Shown here in pieces: positions 11,437 through 25,300 of a DNA stretch of 64,000 nucleotides. How positions within the stretch are numbered: position 1 is the stretch's first letter; every line of letters starts with the position of its first letter. The stretch spans positions 434,001-498,000 of the forward strand of contig CAXKVF010000078.1 in NCBI GenBank assembly GCA_964057225.1, in the 5' to 3' direction. The position numbers were made by a program, and so were the translations under genes. This DNA is from Auanema rhodensis. Its lineage: Eukaryota > Animalia > Nematoda. The notes under the pieces were generated by a model that did not search any database, was not told where the DNA came from, and worked only from the letters and a program-made list of their open reading frames with translations.

Positions 11437-13548
11437 AGTTACATACCAAGTGCACATCACGTGTACATTTAATTAGCATAAATTAAAGTTCACGTAAATT
11501 TCAAAGTCATGGTTACCATGCACCAATATCAATAAAAATTTGTTTTTAGACTAATATGGACATGGGGAATCTAATTTTGAAAACCGCATCTCTTTATCTT
11601 TCACGTGAAGCGAGTTACATACCAAGTGCACATCACGTGTACATTTAATTAGCATAAATTAAAGTTCACGTAAATTTCAAAGTCATGGTTACCATGAACC
11701 AATATCAATAAAAATTTGTTTTTAGACTAATATGGACATGGGGAATCTAATTTTGAAAACCGCATCTCTTTATCTTTCACGTGAAGCGAGTTACATACTA
11801 AGTGCACATCACGTGTACATTTAATTAGCATAAATTAAAGTTCACGTAAATTTCAAAGTCATGGTTACCATGCACCAATATCAATAAAAATTTGTTTTTA
11901 GACTAATATGGACATGGGGAATCTAATTTTGAAAACCGCATCTCTTTATCTTTCACGTGAAGCGAGTTACATACCAAGTGCACATCACGTGTACATTTAA
12001 TTAGCATAAATTAAAGTTCACGTAAATTTCAAAGTCATGGTTACCATGAACCAATATCAATAAAAATTTGTTTTTAGACTAATATAGACATGGGGAATCT
12101 AATTTTGAAAACCGCATCTCTTTATCTTTCACGTGAAGCGAGTTACATACCAAGTGCACATCACGTGTACATTTAATTAGCATAAATTAAAGTTCACGTA
12201 AATTTCAAAGTCATGGTTACCATGCACCAATATCAATAAAAATTTGTTTTTAAACTAATATGGACATGGGGAATCTAATTTTGAAAACCGCATCTCTTTA
12301 TCTTTCACGTGAAGCGAGTTACATACCAAGTGCACATCACGTGTACATTTAATTAGCATAAATTAAAGTTCACGTAAATTTCAAAGTCATGGTTACCATG
12401 CACCAATATCAATAAAAATTTGTTTTTAGACTAATATGGACATGGGGAATCTAATTTTGAAAACCGCATCTCTTTATCTTTCACGTGAAGCGAGTTACAT
12501 ACCAAGTGCACATCACGTGTACATTTAATTAGCATAAATTAAAGTTCACGTAAATTTCAAAGTCATGGTTACCATGAACCAATATCAATAAAAATTTGTT
12601 TTTAGACTAATATGGACATGGGGAATCTAATTTTGAAAACCGCATCTCTTTATCTTTCACGTGAAGCGAGTTACATACTAAGTGCACATCACGTGTACAT
12701 TTAATTAGCATAAATTAAAGTTCACGTAAATTTCAAAGTCATGGTTACCATGCACCAATATCAATAAAAATTTGTTTTTAGACTAATATGGACATGGGGA
12801 ATCTAATTTTGAAAACCGCATCTCTTTATCTTTCACGTGAAGCGAGTTACATACCAAGTGCACATCACGTGTACATTTAATTAGCATAAATTAAAGTTCA
12901 CGTAAATTTCAAAGTCATGGTTACCATGAACCAATATCAATAAAAATTTGTTTTTAGACTAATATAGACATGGGGAATCTAATTTTGAAAACCGCATCTC
13001 TTTATCTTTCACGTGAAGCGAGTTACATACCAAGTGCACATCACGTGTACATTTAATTAGCATAAATTAAAGTTCACGTAAATTTCAAAGTCATGGTTAC
13101 CATGCACCAATATCAATAAAAATTTGTTTTTAAACTAATATGGACATGGGGAATCTAATTTTGAAAACCGCATCTCTTTATCTTTCACGTGAAGCGAGTT
13201 ACATACCAAGTGCACATCACGTGTACATTTAATTAGCATAAATTAAAGTTCACGTAAATTTCAAAGTCATGGTTACCATGCACCAATATCAATAAAAATT
13301 TGTTTTTAGACTAATATGGACATGGGGAATCTAATTTTGAAAACCGCATCTCTTTATCTTTCACGTGAAGCGAGTTACATACCAAGTGCACATCACGTGT
13401 ACATTTAATTAGCATAAATTAAAGTTCACGTAAATTTCAAAGTCATGGTTACCATGAACCAATATCAATAAAAATTTGTTTTTAGACTAATATGGACATG
13501 GGGAATCTAATTTTGAAAACCGCATCTCTTTATCTTTCACGTGAAGCG
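11437..13548 (+). repeat. 5-monomer higher-order repeat (880 bp) x2.4
   Basis: atacTaag (monomers at 11789/12669), tatAgaca (11965/12845) and taAacta (12141/13021) all recur at 880 bp. Confidence 0.88.
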
Positions 13549-14604
13549 AGTTACATACCAAGTGCACATCACGTGTACATTTAATTAGCATAAATTAAAG
13601 TTCACGTAACTTTCAAAGTCATGGTTACCATGCACCAATATCAATAAAAATTTGTTTTTAGACTAATATGGACATGGGGAATCTAATTTTGAAAACCGCA
13701 TCTCTTTATCTTTCACGTGAAGCGAGTTACATACCAAGTGCACATCACGTGTACATTTAATTAGCATAAATTAAAGTTCACGTAACTTTCAAAGTCATGG
13801 TTACCATGCACCAATATCAATAAAAATTTGTTTTTAGACTAATATGGACATGGGGAATCTAATTTTGAAAACCGCATCTCTTTATCTTTCACGTGAAGCG
13901 AGTTACATACCAAGTGCACATCACGTGTACATTTAATTAGCATAAATTAAAGTTCACGTAAATTTCAAAGTCATGGTTACCATGCACCAATATCAATAAA
14001 AATTTGTTTTTAGACTAATATGGACATGGGGAATCTAATTTTGAAAACCGCATCTCTTTATCTTTCACGTGAAGCGAGTTACATACCAAGTGCACATCAC
14101 GTGTACATTTAATTAGCATAAATTAAAGTTCACGTAAATTTCAAAGTCATGGTTACCATGCACCAATATCAATAAAAATTTGTTTTTAGACTAATATGGA
14201 CATGGGGAATCTAATTTTGAAAACCGCATCTCTTCATCTTTCACGTGAAGCGAGTTACATACCAAGTGCACATCACGTGTACATTTAATTAGCATAAATT
14301 AAAGTTCACGTAAATTTCAAAGTCATGGTTACCATGCACCAATATCAATAAAAATTTGTTTTTAGACTAATATGGACATGGGGAATCTAATTTTGAAAAC
14401 CGCATCTCTTTATCTTTCACGTGAAGCGAGTTACATACCAAGTGCACATCACGTGTACATTTAATTAGCATAAATTAAAGTTCACGTAAATTTCAAAGTC
14501 ATGGTTACCATGAACCAATATCAATAAAAATTTGTTTTTAGACTAATATGGATATGGGGAATCTAATTTTGAAAACCGCATCTCTTTATCTTTCACGTGA
14601 AGCG

Positions 14605-17600
14605 AGTTACATACCAAGTGCACATCACGTGTACATTTAATTAGCATAAATTAAAGTTCACGTAAATTTCAAAGTCATGGTTACCATGCACCAATATCAA
14701 TAAAAATTTGTTTTTAGACTAATATGGACATGGGGAATCTAATTTTGAAAACCGCATCTTTTTATCTTTCACGTGAAGCGAGTTACATACCAAGTGCACA
14801 TCACGTGTACATTTAATTAGCATAAATTAAAGTTCACGTAAATTTCCAAGTCATGGTTACCATGCACTAATATCAATAAAAATTTGTTTTTAAACTAATA
14901 TGGACATGGGGAATCTAATTTTGAAAACCGCATCTCTTTATCTTTCACGTGAAGCGAGTTACATACCAAGTGCACATCACGTGTACATTTAATTAGCATA
15001 AATTAAAGTTCACGTAAATTTCAAAGTCATGGTTACCATGCACCAATATCAATAAAAATTTGTTTTTAGACTAATATGGACATGGGGAATCTAATTTTGA
15101 AAACCGCATCTCTTTATCTTTCACGTGAAGCGAGTTACATACCAAGTGCACATCACGTATACATTTAATTAGCATAAATTAAAGTTCACGTAAATTTCAA
15201 AGTCATGGTTACCATGAACCAATATCAATAAAAATTTGTTTTTAGACTAATATGGACATGGGGAATCTAATTTTGAAAACCGCATCTCTTTATCTTTCAC
15301 GTGAAGCGAGTTACATACCAAGTGCACATCACGTGTACATTTAATTAGCATAAATTAAAGTTCACGTAAATTTCAAAGTCATGGTTACCATGCACCAATA
15401 TCAATAAAAATTTGTTTTTAGACTAATATGGACATGGGGAATCTAATTTTGAAAACCGCATCTCTTTATCTTTCACGTGAAGCGAGTTACATACCAAGTG
15501 CACATCACGTGTACATTTAATTAGCATAAATTAAAGTTCACGTAAATTTCAAAGTCATGGTTACCATGCACCAATATCAATAAAAATTTGTTTTTAGACT
15601 AATATGGACATGGGGAATCTAATTTTGAAAACTGCATCTCTTCATCTTTCACGTGAAGCGAGTTACATACCAAGTGCACATCACGTGTACATTTAATTAG
15701 CATAAATTAAAGTTCACGTAAATTTCAAAGTCATGGTTACCATGCACCAATATCAATAGAAATTTGTTTTTAGACTAATATGGACATGGGGAATCTAATT
15801 TTGAAAACCGCATCTCTTTATCTTTCACGTGAAGCGAGTTACATACCAAGTGCACATCACGTGTACATTTAATTAGCATAAATTAAAGTTCACGTAAATT
15901 TCAAAGTCATGGTTACCATGCACCAATATCAATAAAAATTTGTTTTTAGACTAATATGGACATGGGGAATCTAATTTTGAAAACCGCATCTCTTTATCTT
16001 TCACGTGAAGCGAGTTACATACCAAGTGCACATCACGTGTACATTTAATTAGCATAAATTAAAGTTCACGTAAATTTCAAAGTCATGGTTACCATGCACC
16101 AATATCAATAAAAATTTGTTTTTAGACTAATATGGACATGGGGAATCTAATTTTGAAAACTGCATCTCTTCATCTTTCACGTGAAGCGAGTTACATACAA
16201 AGTGCACATCACGTGTACATTTAATTAGCATAAATTAAAGTTCACGTAAATTTCAAAGTCATGGTTACCATGCACCAATATCAATAAAAATTTGTTTTTA
16301 GACTAATATGGACATGGGGAATCTAATTTTGAAAACCGCATCTCTTTATCTTTCACGTGAAGCGAGTTACATACCAAGTGCACATCACGTGTACATTTAA
16401 TTAGCATAAATTAAAGTTCACGTAAATTTCAAAGTCATGGTTACCATGCACCAATATCAATAAAAATTTGTTTTTAGACTAATATGGACATGGGGAATCT
16501 AATTTTGAAAACCGCATCTCTTTATCTTTCACGTGAAGCGAGTTACATACCAAGTGCACATCACGTGTACATTTAATTAGCATAAATTAAAGTTCACGTA
16601 AATTTCAAAGTCATGGTTACCATGCACCAATATCAATAAAAATTTGTTTTTAGACTAATATGGACATGGGGAATCTAATTTTGAAAACCGCATCTTTTTA
16701 TCTTTCACGTGAAGCGAGTTACATACCAAGTGCACATCACGTGTACATTTAATTAGCATAAATTAAAGTTCACGTAAATTTCCAAGTCATGGTTACCATG
16801 CACTAATATCAATAAAAATTTGTTTTTAAACTAATATGGACATGGGGAATCTAATTTTGAAAACCGCATCTCTTTATCTTTCACGTGAAGCGAGTTACAT
16901 ACCAAGTGCACATCACGTGTACATTTAATTAGCATAAATTAAAGTTCACGTAAATTTCAAAGTCATGGTTACCATGCACCAATATCAATAAAAATTTGTT
17001 TTTAGACTAATATGGACATGGGGAATCTAATTTTGAAAACCGCATCTCTTTATCTTTCACGTGAAGCGAGTTACATACCAAGTGCACATCACGTATACAT
17101 TTAATTAGCATAAATTAAAGTTCACGTAAATTTCAAAGTCATGGTTACCATGAACCTATATCAATAAAAATTTGTTTTTAGACTAATATGGACATGGGGA
17201 ATCTAATTTTGAAAACCGCATCTCTTTATCTTTCACGTGAAGCGAGTTACATACCAAGTGCACATCACGTGTACATTTAATTAGCATAAATTAAAGTTCA
17301 CGTAAATTTCAAAGTCATGGTTACCATGCACCAATATCAATAAAAATTTGTTTTTAGACTAATATGGACATGGGGAATCTAATTTTGAAAACCGCATCTC
17401 TTTATCTTTCACGTGAAGCGAGTTACATACCAAGTGCACATCACGTGTACATTTAATTAGCATAAATTAAAGTTCACGTAAATTTCAAAGTCATGGTTAC
17501 CATGCACCAATATCAATAAAAATTTGTTTTTAGACTAATATGGACATGGGGAATCTAATTTTGAAAACTGCATCTCTTCATCTTTCACGTGAAGCGAGTT

Positions 17601-17772
17601 ACATACCAAGTGCACATCACGTGTACATTTAATTAGCATAAATTAAAGTTCACGTAAATTTCAAAGTCATGGTTACCATGCACCAATATCAATAAAAATT
17701 TGTTTTTAGACTAATATGGACATGGGGAATCTAATTTTGAAAACCGCATCTCTTTATCTTTCACGTGAAGCG
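14605..17772 (+). repeat. 7-monomer block duplicated at 11-monomer (1936 bp) offset: 14605-15836 and 16541-17772
   Basis: catctTttta; triple-variant monomer tttcCaag+gcacTaa+taAact (14781/16717); acgtAtac (15133/17069); aacTgc (15485/17421). Confidence 0.87.
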
Positions 17773-17948
17773 AGTTATATACCAAGTGCACATCACGTGT
17801 ACATTTAATTAGCATAAATTAAAGTTCACGTAAATTTCAAAGTCATGGTTACCATGAACCAATATCAATAAAAATTTGTTTTTAGACTAATATGGACATG
17901 GGGAATCTAATTTTGAAAACCGCATCTCTTTATCTTTCACGTGAAGCG

Positions 17949-18828
17949 AGTTACATACCAAGTGCACATCACGTGTACATTTAATTAGCATAAATTAAAG
18001 TTCACGTAAATTTCAAAGTCATGGTTACCATGAAGCAATATCAATAAAAATTTGTTTTTAGACTAATATGGACATGGGGAATCTAATTTTGAAAACCGCA
18101 TCTCTTTATCTTTCACGTGAAGCGAGTTACATACCAAGTGCACATCACGTGTACATTTAATTAGCATTAATTAAAGTTCACGTAAATTTCAAAGTCATGG
18201 TTACCATGAACCAATATCAATAAAAATTTGTTTTTAGACTAATATGGACATGGGGAATCTAATTTTGAAAACCGCATCTCTTTATCTTTCACGTGAAGCG
18301 AGTTACATACCAAGTGCACATCACGTGTACATTTAATTAGCATAAATTAAAGTTCACGTAAATTTCAAAGTCATGGTTACCATGAAGCAATATCAATAAA
18401 AATTTGTTTTTAGACTAATATGGACATGGGGAATCTAATTTTGAAAACCGCATCTCTTTATCTTTCACGTGAAGCGAGTTACATACCAAGTGCACATCAC
18501 GTGTACATTTAATTAGCATTAATTAAAGTTCACGTAAATTTCAAAGTCATGGTTACCATGAACCAATATCAATAAAAATTTGTTTTTAGACTAATATGGA
18601 CATGGGGAATCTAATTTTGAAAACCGCATCTCTTTATCTTTCACGTGAAGCGAGTTACATACCAAGTGCACATCACGTGTACATTTAATTAGCATAAATT
18701 AAAGTTCACGTAAATTTCAAAGTCATGGTTACCATGAAGCAATATCAATAAAAATTTGTTTTTAGACTAATATGGACATGGGGAATCTAATTTTGAAAAC
18801 CGCATCTCTTTATCTTTCACGTGAAGCG
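17949..18828 (+). repeat. Dimeric higher-order repeat (352 bp) x2.5
   Basis: Alternating gaaGc and catTaatt monomers at 17949, 18125, 18301, 18477 and 18653. Confidence 0.8.
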
Positions 18829-19532
18829 AGTTACATACCAAGTGCACATCACGTGTACATTTAATTAGCATAAATTAAAGTTCACGTAAATTTCAAAGTC
18901 ATGGTTACCATGCACCAATATCAATAAAAATTTGTTTTTAGACTAATATGGACATGGGGAATCTAATTTTGAAAACCGCATCTCTTTATCTTTCACGTGA
19001 AGCGAGTTACATACCAAGTGCAAATCACGTGTACATTTAATTAGCATAAATTAAAGTTCACGTAAATTTCAAAGTCATGGTTACCATGAAGCAATATCAA
19101 TAAAAATTTGTTTTTAGACTAATATGGACATGGGGAATCTAATTTTGAAAACCGCATCTCTTTATCTTTCACGTGAAGCGAGTAACATACCAAGTGCACA
19201 TCACGTGTACATTTAATTAGCATTAATTAAAGTTCACGTAAATTTCAAAGTCATGGTTACCATGAACCAATATCAATAAAAATTTGTTTTTAGACTAATA
19301 TGGACATGGGGAATCTAATTTTGAAAACCGCATCTCTTTATCTTTCACGTGAAGCGAGTTACATACCAAGTGCACATCACGTGTACATTTAATTAGCATA
19401 AATTAAAGTTCACGTAAATTTCAAAGTCATGGTTACCATGCACCAATATCAATAAAAATTTGTTTTTAGACTAATATGGACATGGGGAATCTAATTTTGA
19501 AAACCGCATCTCTTTATCTTTCACGTGAAGCG

Positions 19533-22352
19533 AGTTACATACCAAGTGCACATCACGTGTACATTTAATTAGCATAAATTAAAGTTCACGTAAATTTCAA
19601 AGTCATGGTTACCATGAAGCAATATCAATAAAAATTTGTTTTTAGACTAATATGGACATGGGGAATCTAATTTTGAAAACCGCATCTCTTTATCTTTCAC
19701 GTGAAGCGAGTTACATACCAAGTGCACATCACGTGTACATTTAATTAGCATTAATTAAAGTTCACGTAAATTTCAAAGTCATGGTTACCATGAACCAATA
19801 TCAATAAAAATTTGTTTTTAGACTAATATGGACATGGGGAATCTAATTTTGAAAACCGCATCTCTTTATCTTTCACGTGAAGCGAGTTACATACCAAGTG
19901 CACATCACGTGTACATTTAATTAGCATAAATTAAAGTTCACGTAAATTTCAAAGTCATGGTTACCATGAACTAATATCAATAAAAATTTGTTTTTAGACT
20001 AATATGGACATGGGGAATCTAATTTTGAAAACCGCATCTCTTTATCTTTCACGTGAAGCGAGTTACATACCAAGTGCACATCACGTGTACATTTAATTAG
20101 CATAAATTAAAGTTCACGTAAATTTTCTCGTTATCTTTCACGTGAAGCGAGTTACATACCAAGTGCACATCACGTGTACATTTAATTAGCATAAATTAAA
20201 GTTCACGTAAATTTCAAAGTCATGGTTACCATGAAGCAATATCAATAAAAATTTGTTTTTAGACTAATATGGACATGGGGAATCTAATTTTGAAAACCGC
20301 ATCTCTTTATCTTTCACGTGAAGCGAGTTACATACCAAGTGCACATCACGTGTACATTTAATTAGCATTAATTAAAGTTCACGTAAATTTCAAAGTCATG
20401 GTTACCATGAACCAATATCAATAAAAATTTGTTTTTAGACTAATATGGACATGGGGAATCTAATTTTGAAAACCGCATCTCTTTATCTTTCACGTGAAGC
20501 GAGTTACATACCAAGTGCACATCACGTGTACATTTAATTAGCATAAATTAAAGTTCACGTAAATTTCAAAGTCATGGTTACCATGAACTAATATCAATAA
20601 AAATTTGTTTTTAGACTAATATGGACATGGGGAATCTAATTTTGAAAACCGCATCTCTTTATCTTTCACGTGAAGCGAGTTACATACCAAGTGCACATCA
20701 CGTGTACATTTAATTAGCATAAATTAAAGTTCACGTAAATTTTCTCGTTATCTTTCACGTGAAGCGAGTTATATACCAAGTGCACATCACGTGTACATTT
20801 AATTAGCATAAATTAAAGTTCACGTAAATTTCAAAGTCATGGTTACCATGAACCAATATCAATAAAAATTTGTTTTTAGACTAATATGGACATGGGGAAT
20901 CTAATTTTGAAAACCGCATCTCTTTATCTTTCACGTGAAGCGAGTTACATACCAAGTGCACATCACGTGTACATTTAATTAGCATAAATTAAAGTTCACG
21001 TAAATTTCAAAGTCATGGTTACCATGAAGCAATATCAATAAAAATTTGTTTTTAGACTAATATGGACATGGGGAATCTAATTTTGAAAACCGCATCTCTT
21101 TATCTTTCACGTGAAGCGAGTTACATACCAAGTGCACATCACGTGTACATTTAATTAGCATTAATTAAAGTTCACGTAAATTTCAAAGTCATGGTTACCA
21201 TGAACCAATATCAATAAAAATTTGTTTTTAGACTAATATGGACATGGGGAATCTAATTTTGAAAACCGCATCTCTTTATCTTTCACGTGAAGCGAGTTAC
21301 ATACCAAGTGCACATCACGTGTACATTTAATTAGCATAAATTAAAGTTCACGTAAATTTCAAAGTCATGGTTACCATGAACTAATATCAATAAAAATTTG
21401 TTTTTAGACTAATATGGACATGGGGAATCTAATTTTGAAAACCGCATCTCTTTATCTTTCACGTGAAGCGAGTTACATACCAAGTGCACATCACGTGTAC
21501 ATTTAATTAGCATAAATTAAAGTTCACGTAAATTTTCTCGTTATCTTTCACGTGAAGCGAGTTACATACCAAGTGCACATCACGTGTACATTTAATTAGC
21601 ATAAATTAAAGTTCACGTAAATTTCAAAGTCATGGTTACCATGAAGCAATATCAATAAAAATTTGTTTTTAGACTAATATGGACATGGGGAATCTAATTT
21701 TGAAAACCGCATCTCTTTATCTTTCACGTGAAGCGAGTTACATACCAAGTGCACATCACGTGTACATTTAATTAGCATTAATTAAAGTTCACGTAAATTT
21801 CAAAGTCATGGTTACCATGAACCAAAATCAATAAAAATTTGTTTTTAGACTAATATGGACATGGGGAATCTAATTTTGAAAACCGCATCTCTTTATCTTT
21901 CACGTGAAGCGAGTTACATACCAAGTGCACATCACGTGTACATTTAATTAGCATAAATTAAAGTTCACGTAAATTTCAAAGTCATGGTTACCATGAACTA
22001 ATATCAATAAAAATTTGTTTTTAGACTAATATGGACATGGGGAATCTAATTTTGAAAACCGCATCTCTTTATCTTTCACGTGAAGCGAGTTACATACCAA
22101 GTGCACATCACGTGTACATTTAATTAGCATAAATTAAAGTTCACGTAAATTTTCTCGTTATCTTTCACGTGAAGCGAGTTATATACCAAGTGCACATCAC
22201 GTGTACATTTAATTAGCATAAATTAAAGTTCACGTAAATTTCAAAGTCATGGTTACCATGAACCAATATCAATAAAAATTTGTTTTTTGACTAATATGGA
22301 CATGGGGAATCTAATTTTGAAAACCGCATCTCTTTATCTTTCACGTGAAGCG
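19533..22352 (+). repeat. Nested higher-order repeat (ABCd-ABCd-E)x2, 1410 bp period, containing four 89-bp truncated monomers
   Basis: A=gaaGc, B=catTaatt, C=gaacTa, d=89-bp deletion monomer at 20061, 20678, 21471 and 22088 (spacings 617, 793, 617), E=agttaTat at 20767 and 22177. Confidence 0.93.
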
Positions 22353-25300
22353 AGTTACATACCAAGTGCACATCACGTGTACATTTAATTAGCATAAATT
22401 AAAGTTCACGTAAATTTCAAAGTCATGGTTACCATGCACCAACATCAATAAAAATTTGTTTTTAGACTAATATGGACATGGGGAATCTAATTTTGAAAAC
22501 CGCATCTCTTTATCTTTCACGTGAAGCGAGTTACATACCAAGTGCACATCACGTGTACATTTAATTAGCATAAATTAAAGTTCACGTAAATTTCAAAGTC
22601 ATGGTTACCATGAACCAATATCAATAAAAATTTGTTTTTAGACTAATATGGACATGGGGAATCTAATTTTGAAAACCGCATCTCTTTATCTTTCACGTGA
22701 AAAGAGTTACATACCAAGTGCACATCACGTGTACATTTAATTAGCATAAATTAAAGTTCACGTAAATTTCAAAGTCATGGTTACCATGCACCAATATCAA
22801 TAAAAATTTGTTTTTAGACTAATATGGACATGGGGAATCTAATTTTGAAAACCGCATCTCTTTATCTTTCACGTGAAGCGAGTTACATACCAAGTGCACA
22901 TCACGTGTACATTTAATTAGCATAAATTAAAGTTCACGTAAATTTCAAAGTCATGGTTACCATGCACCAATATCAATAAAAATTTGTTTTTAGACTAATA
23001 TGGACATGGGGAATCTAATTTTGAAAACCGCATCTCTTTATCTTTCACGTGAAGCGAGTTACATACCAAGTGCACATCACGTGTACATTTAATTAGCATT
23101 AATTAAAGTTCACGTAAATTTCAAAGTCATGGTTACCATGAACCAATATCAATAAAAATTTGTTTTTAGACTAATATGGACATGGGGAATCTAATTTTGA
23201 AAACCGCATCTCTTTATCTTTCACGTGAAGCGAGTTACATACCAAGTGCACATCACGTGTACATTTAATTAGCATTAATTAAAGTTCACGTAAATTTCAA
23301 AGTCATGGTTACCATGAACCAATATCAATAAAAATTTGTTTTTAGACTAATATGGACATGGGGAATCTAATTTTGAAAACCGCATCTCTTTATCTTTCAC
23401 GTGAAGCGAGTTACATACCAAGTGCACATCACGTGTACATTTAATTAGCATAAATTAAAGTTCACGTAAATTTCAAAGTCATGGTTACCATGAACCAATA
23501 TCAATAAAAATTTGTTTTTAGACTAATATGGACATGGGGAATCTAATTTTGGAAACCGCATCTCTTTATCTTTCACGTGAAGCGAGTTACATACCAAGTG
23601 CACATCACGTGTACATTTAATTAGCATAAATTAAAGTTCACGTAAATTTCAAAGTCATGGTTACCATGCACCAATATCAATAAAAATTTGTTTTTAGACT
23701 AATATGGACATGGGGAATCTAATTTTGGAAACCGCATCTCTTCATCTTTCACGTGAAGCGAGTTACATACCAAGTGCACATCACGTGTACATTTAATTAG
23801 CATAAATTAAAGTTCACGTAAATTTCAAAGTCATGGTTACCATGAACCAATATCAATAAAAATTTGTTTTTAGACTAATATGGACATGGGGAATCTAATT
23901 TTGAAAACCGCATCTCTTTATCTTTCACGTGAAGCGAGTTACATACCAAGTGCACATCACGTGTACATTTAATTAGCATAAATTAAAGTTCACGTAAATT
24001 TCAAAGTCATGGTTACCATGCACCAATATCAATAAAAATTTGTTTTTAGACTAATATGGACATGGGGAATCTAATTTTGAAAACCGCATCTCTTCATCTT
24101 TCACGTGAAGCGAGTTACATACCAAGTGCACATCACGTGTACATTTAATTAGCATAAATTAAAGTTCACGTAAATTTCAAAGTCATGGTTACCATGCACC
24201 AATATCAATAAAAATTTGTTTTTAGACTAATATGGACATGGGGAATCTAATTTTGAAAACCGCATCTCTTTATCTTTCACGTGAAGCGTGTTACATACCA
24301 AGTGCACATCACGTGTACATTTAATTAGCATAAATTAAAGTTCACGTAAATTTCAAAGTCATGGTTACCATGAACCAATATCAATAAAAATTTGTTTTTA
24401 GACTAATATGGACATGGGGAATCTAATTTTGAAAACCGCATCTCTTTATCTTTCACGTGAAGCGAGTTACATACCAAGTGCACATCACGTGTAAATTTAA
24501 TTAGCATAAATTAAAGTTCACGTAAATTTCAAAGTCATGGTTACCATGCACCAATATCAATAAAAATTTGTTTTTAGACTAATATGGACATGGGGAATCT
24601 AATTTTGAAAACCGCATCTCTTTATCTTTCACGTGAAGCGAGTTACATACCAAGTGCACATCACGTGTACATTTAATTAGCATAAATTAAAGTTCACGTA
24701 AATTTCAAAGTCATGGTTACCATGAACCAATATCAATAAAAATTTGTTTTTAGACTAATATGGACATGGGGAATCTAATATTGAAAACCGCATCTCTTTA
24801 TCTTTCACGTGAAGCGAGTTACATACCAAGTGCACATCACGTGTACATTTAATTAGCATAAATTAAAGTTCACGTAAAATTCAAAGTCATGGTTACCATG
24901 CACCAATATCAATAAAAATTTGTTTTTAGACTAATATGGACATGGGGAATCTAATTTTGAAAACCGCATCTCTTTATCTTTCACGTGAAGCGAGTTACAT
25001 GCCAAGTGCACATCACGTGTACATTTAATTAGCATAAATTAAAGTTCACGTAAATTTCAAAGTCATGGTTACCATGAAGCAATATCAATAAAAATTTGTT
25101 TTTAGACTAATATGGACATGGGGAATCTAATTTTGAAAACCGCATCTCTTTATCTTTCACGTGAAGCGAGTTACATACCAAGTGCACATCACGTGTACAT
25201 TTAATTAGCATTAATTAAAGTTCACGTAAATTTCAAAGTCATGGTTACCATGAACCAATATCAATAAAAATTTGTTTTTAGACTAATATGGACATGGGGA

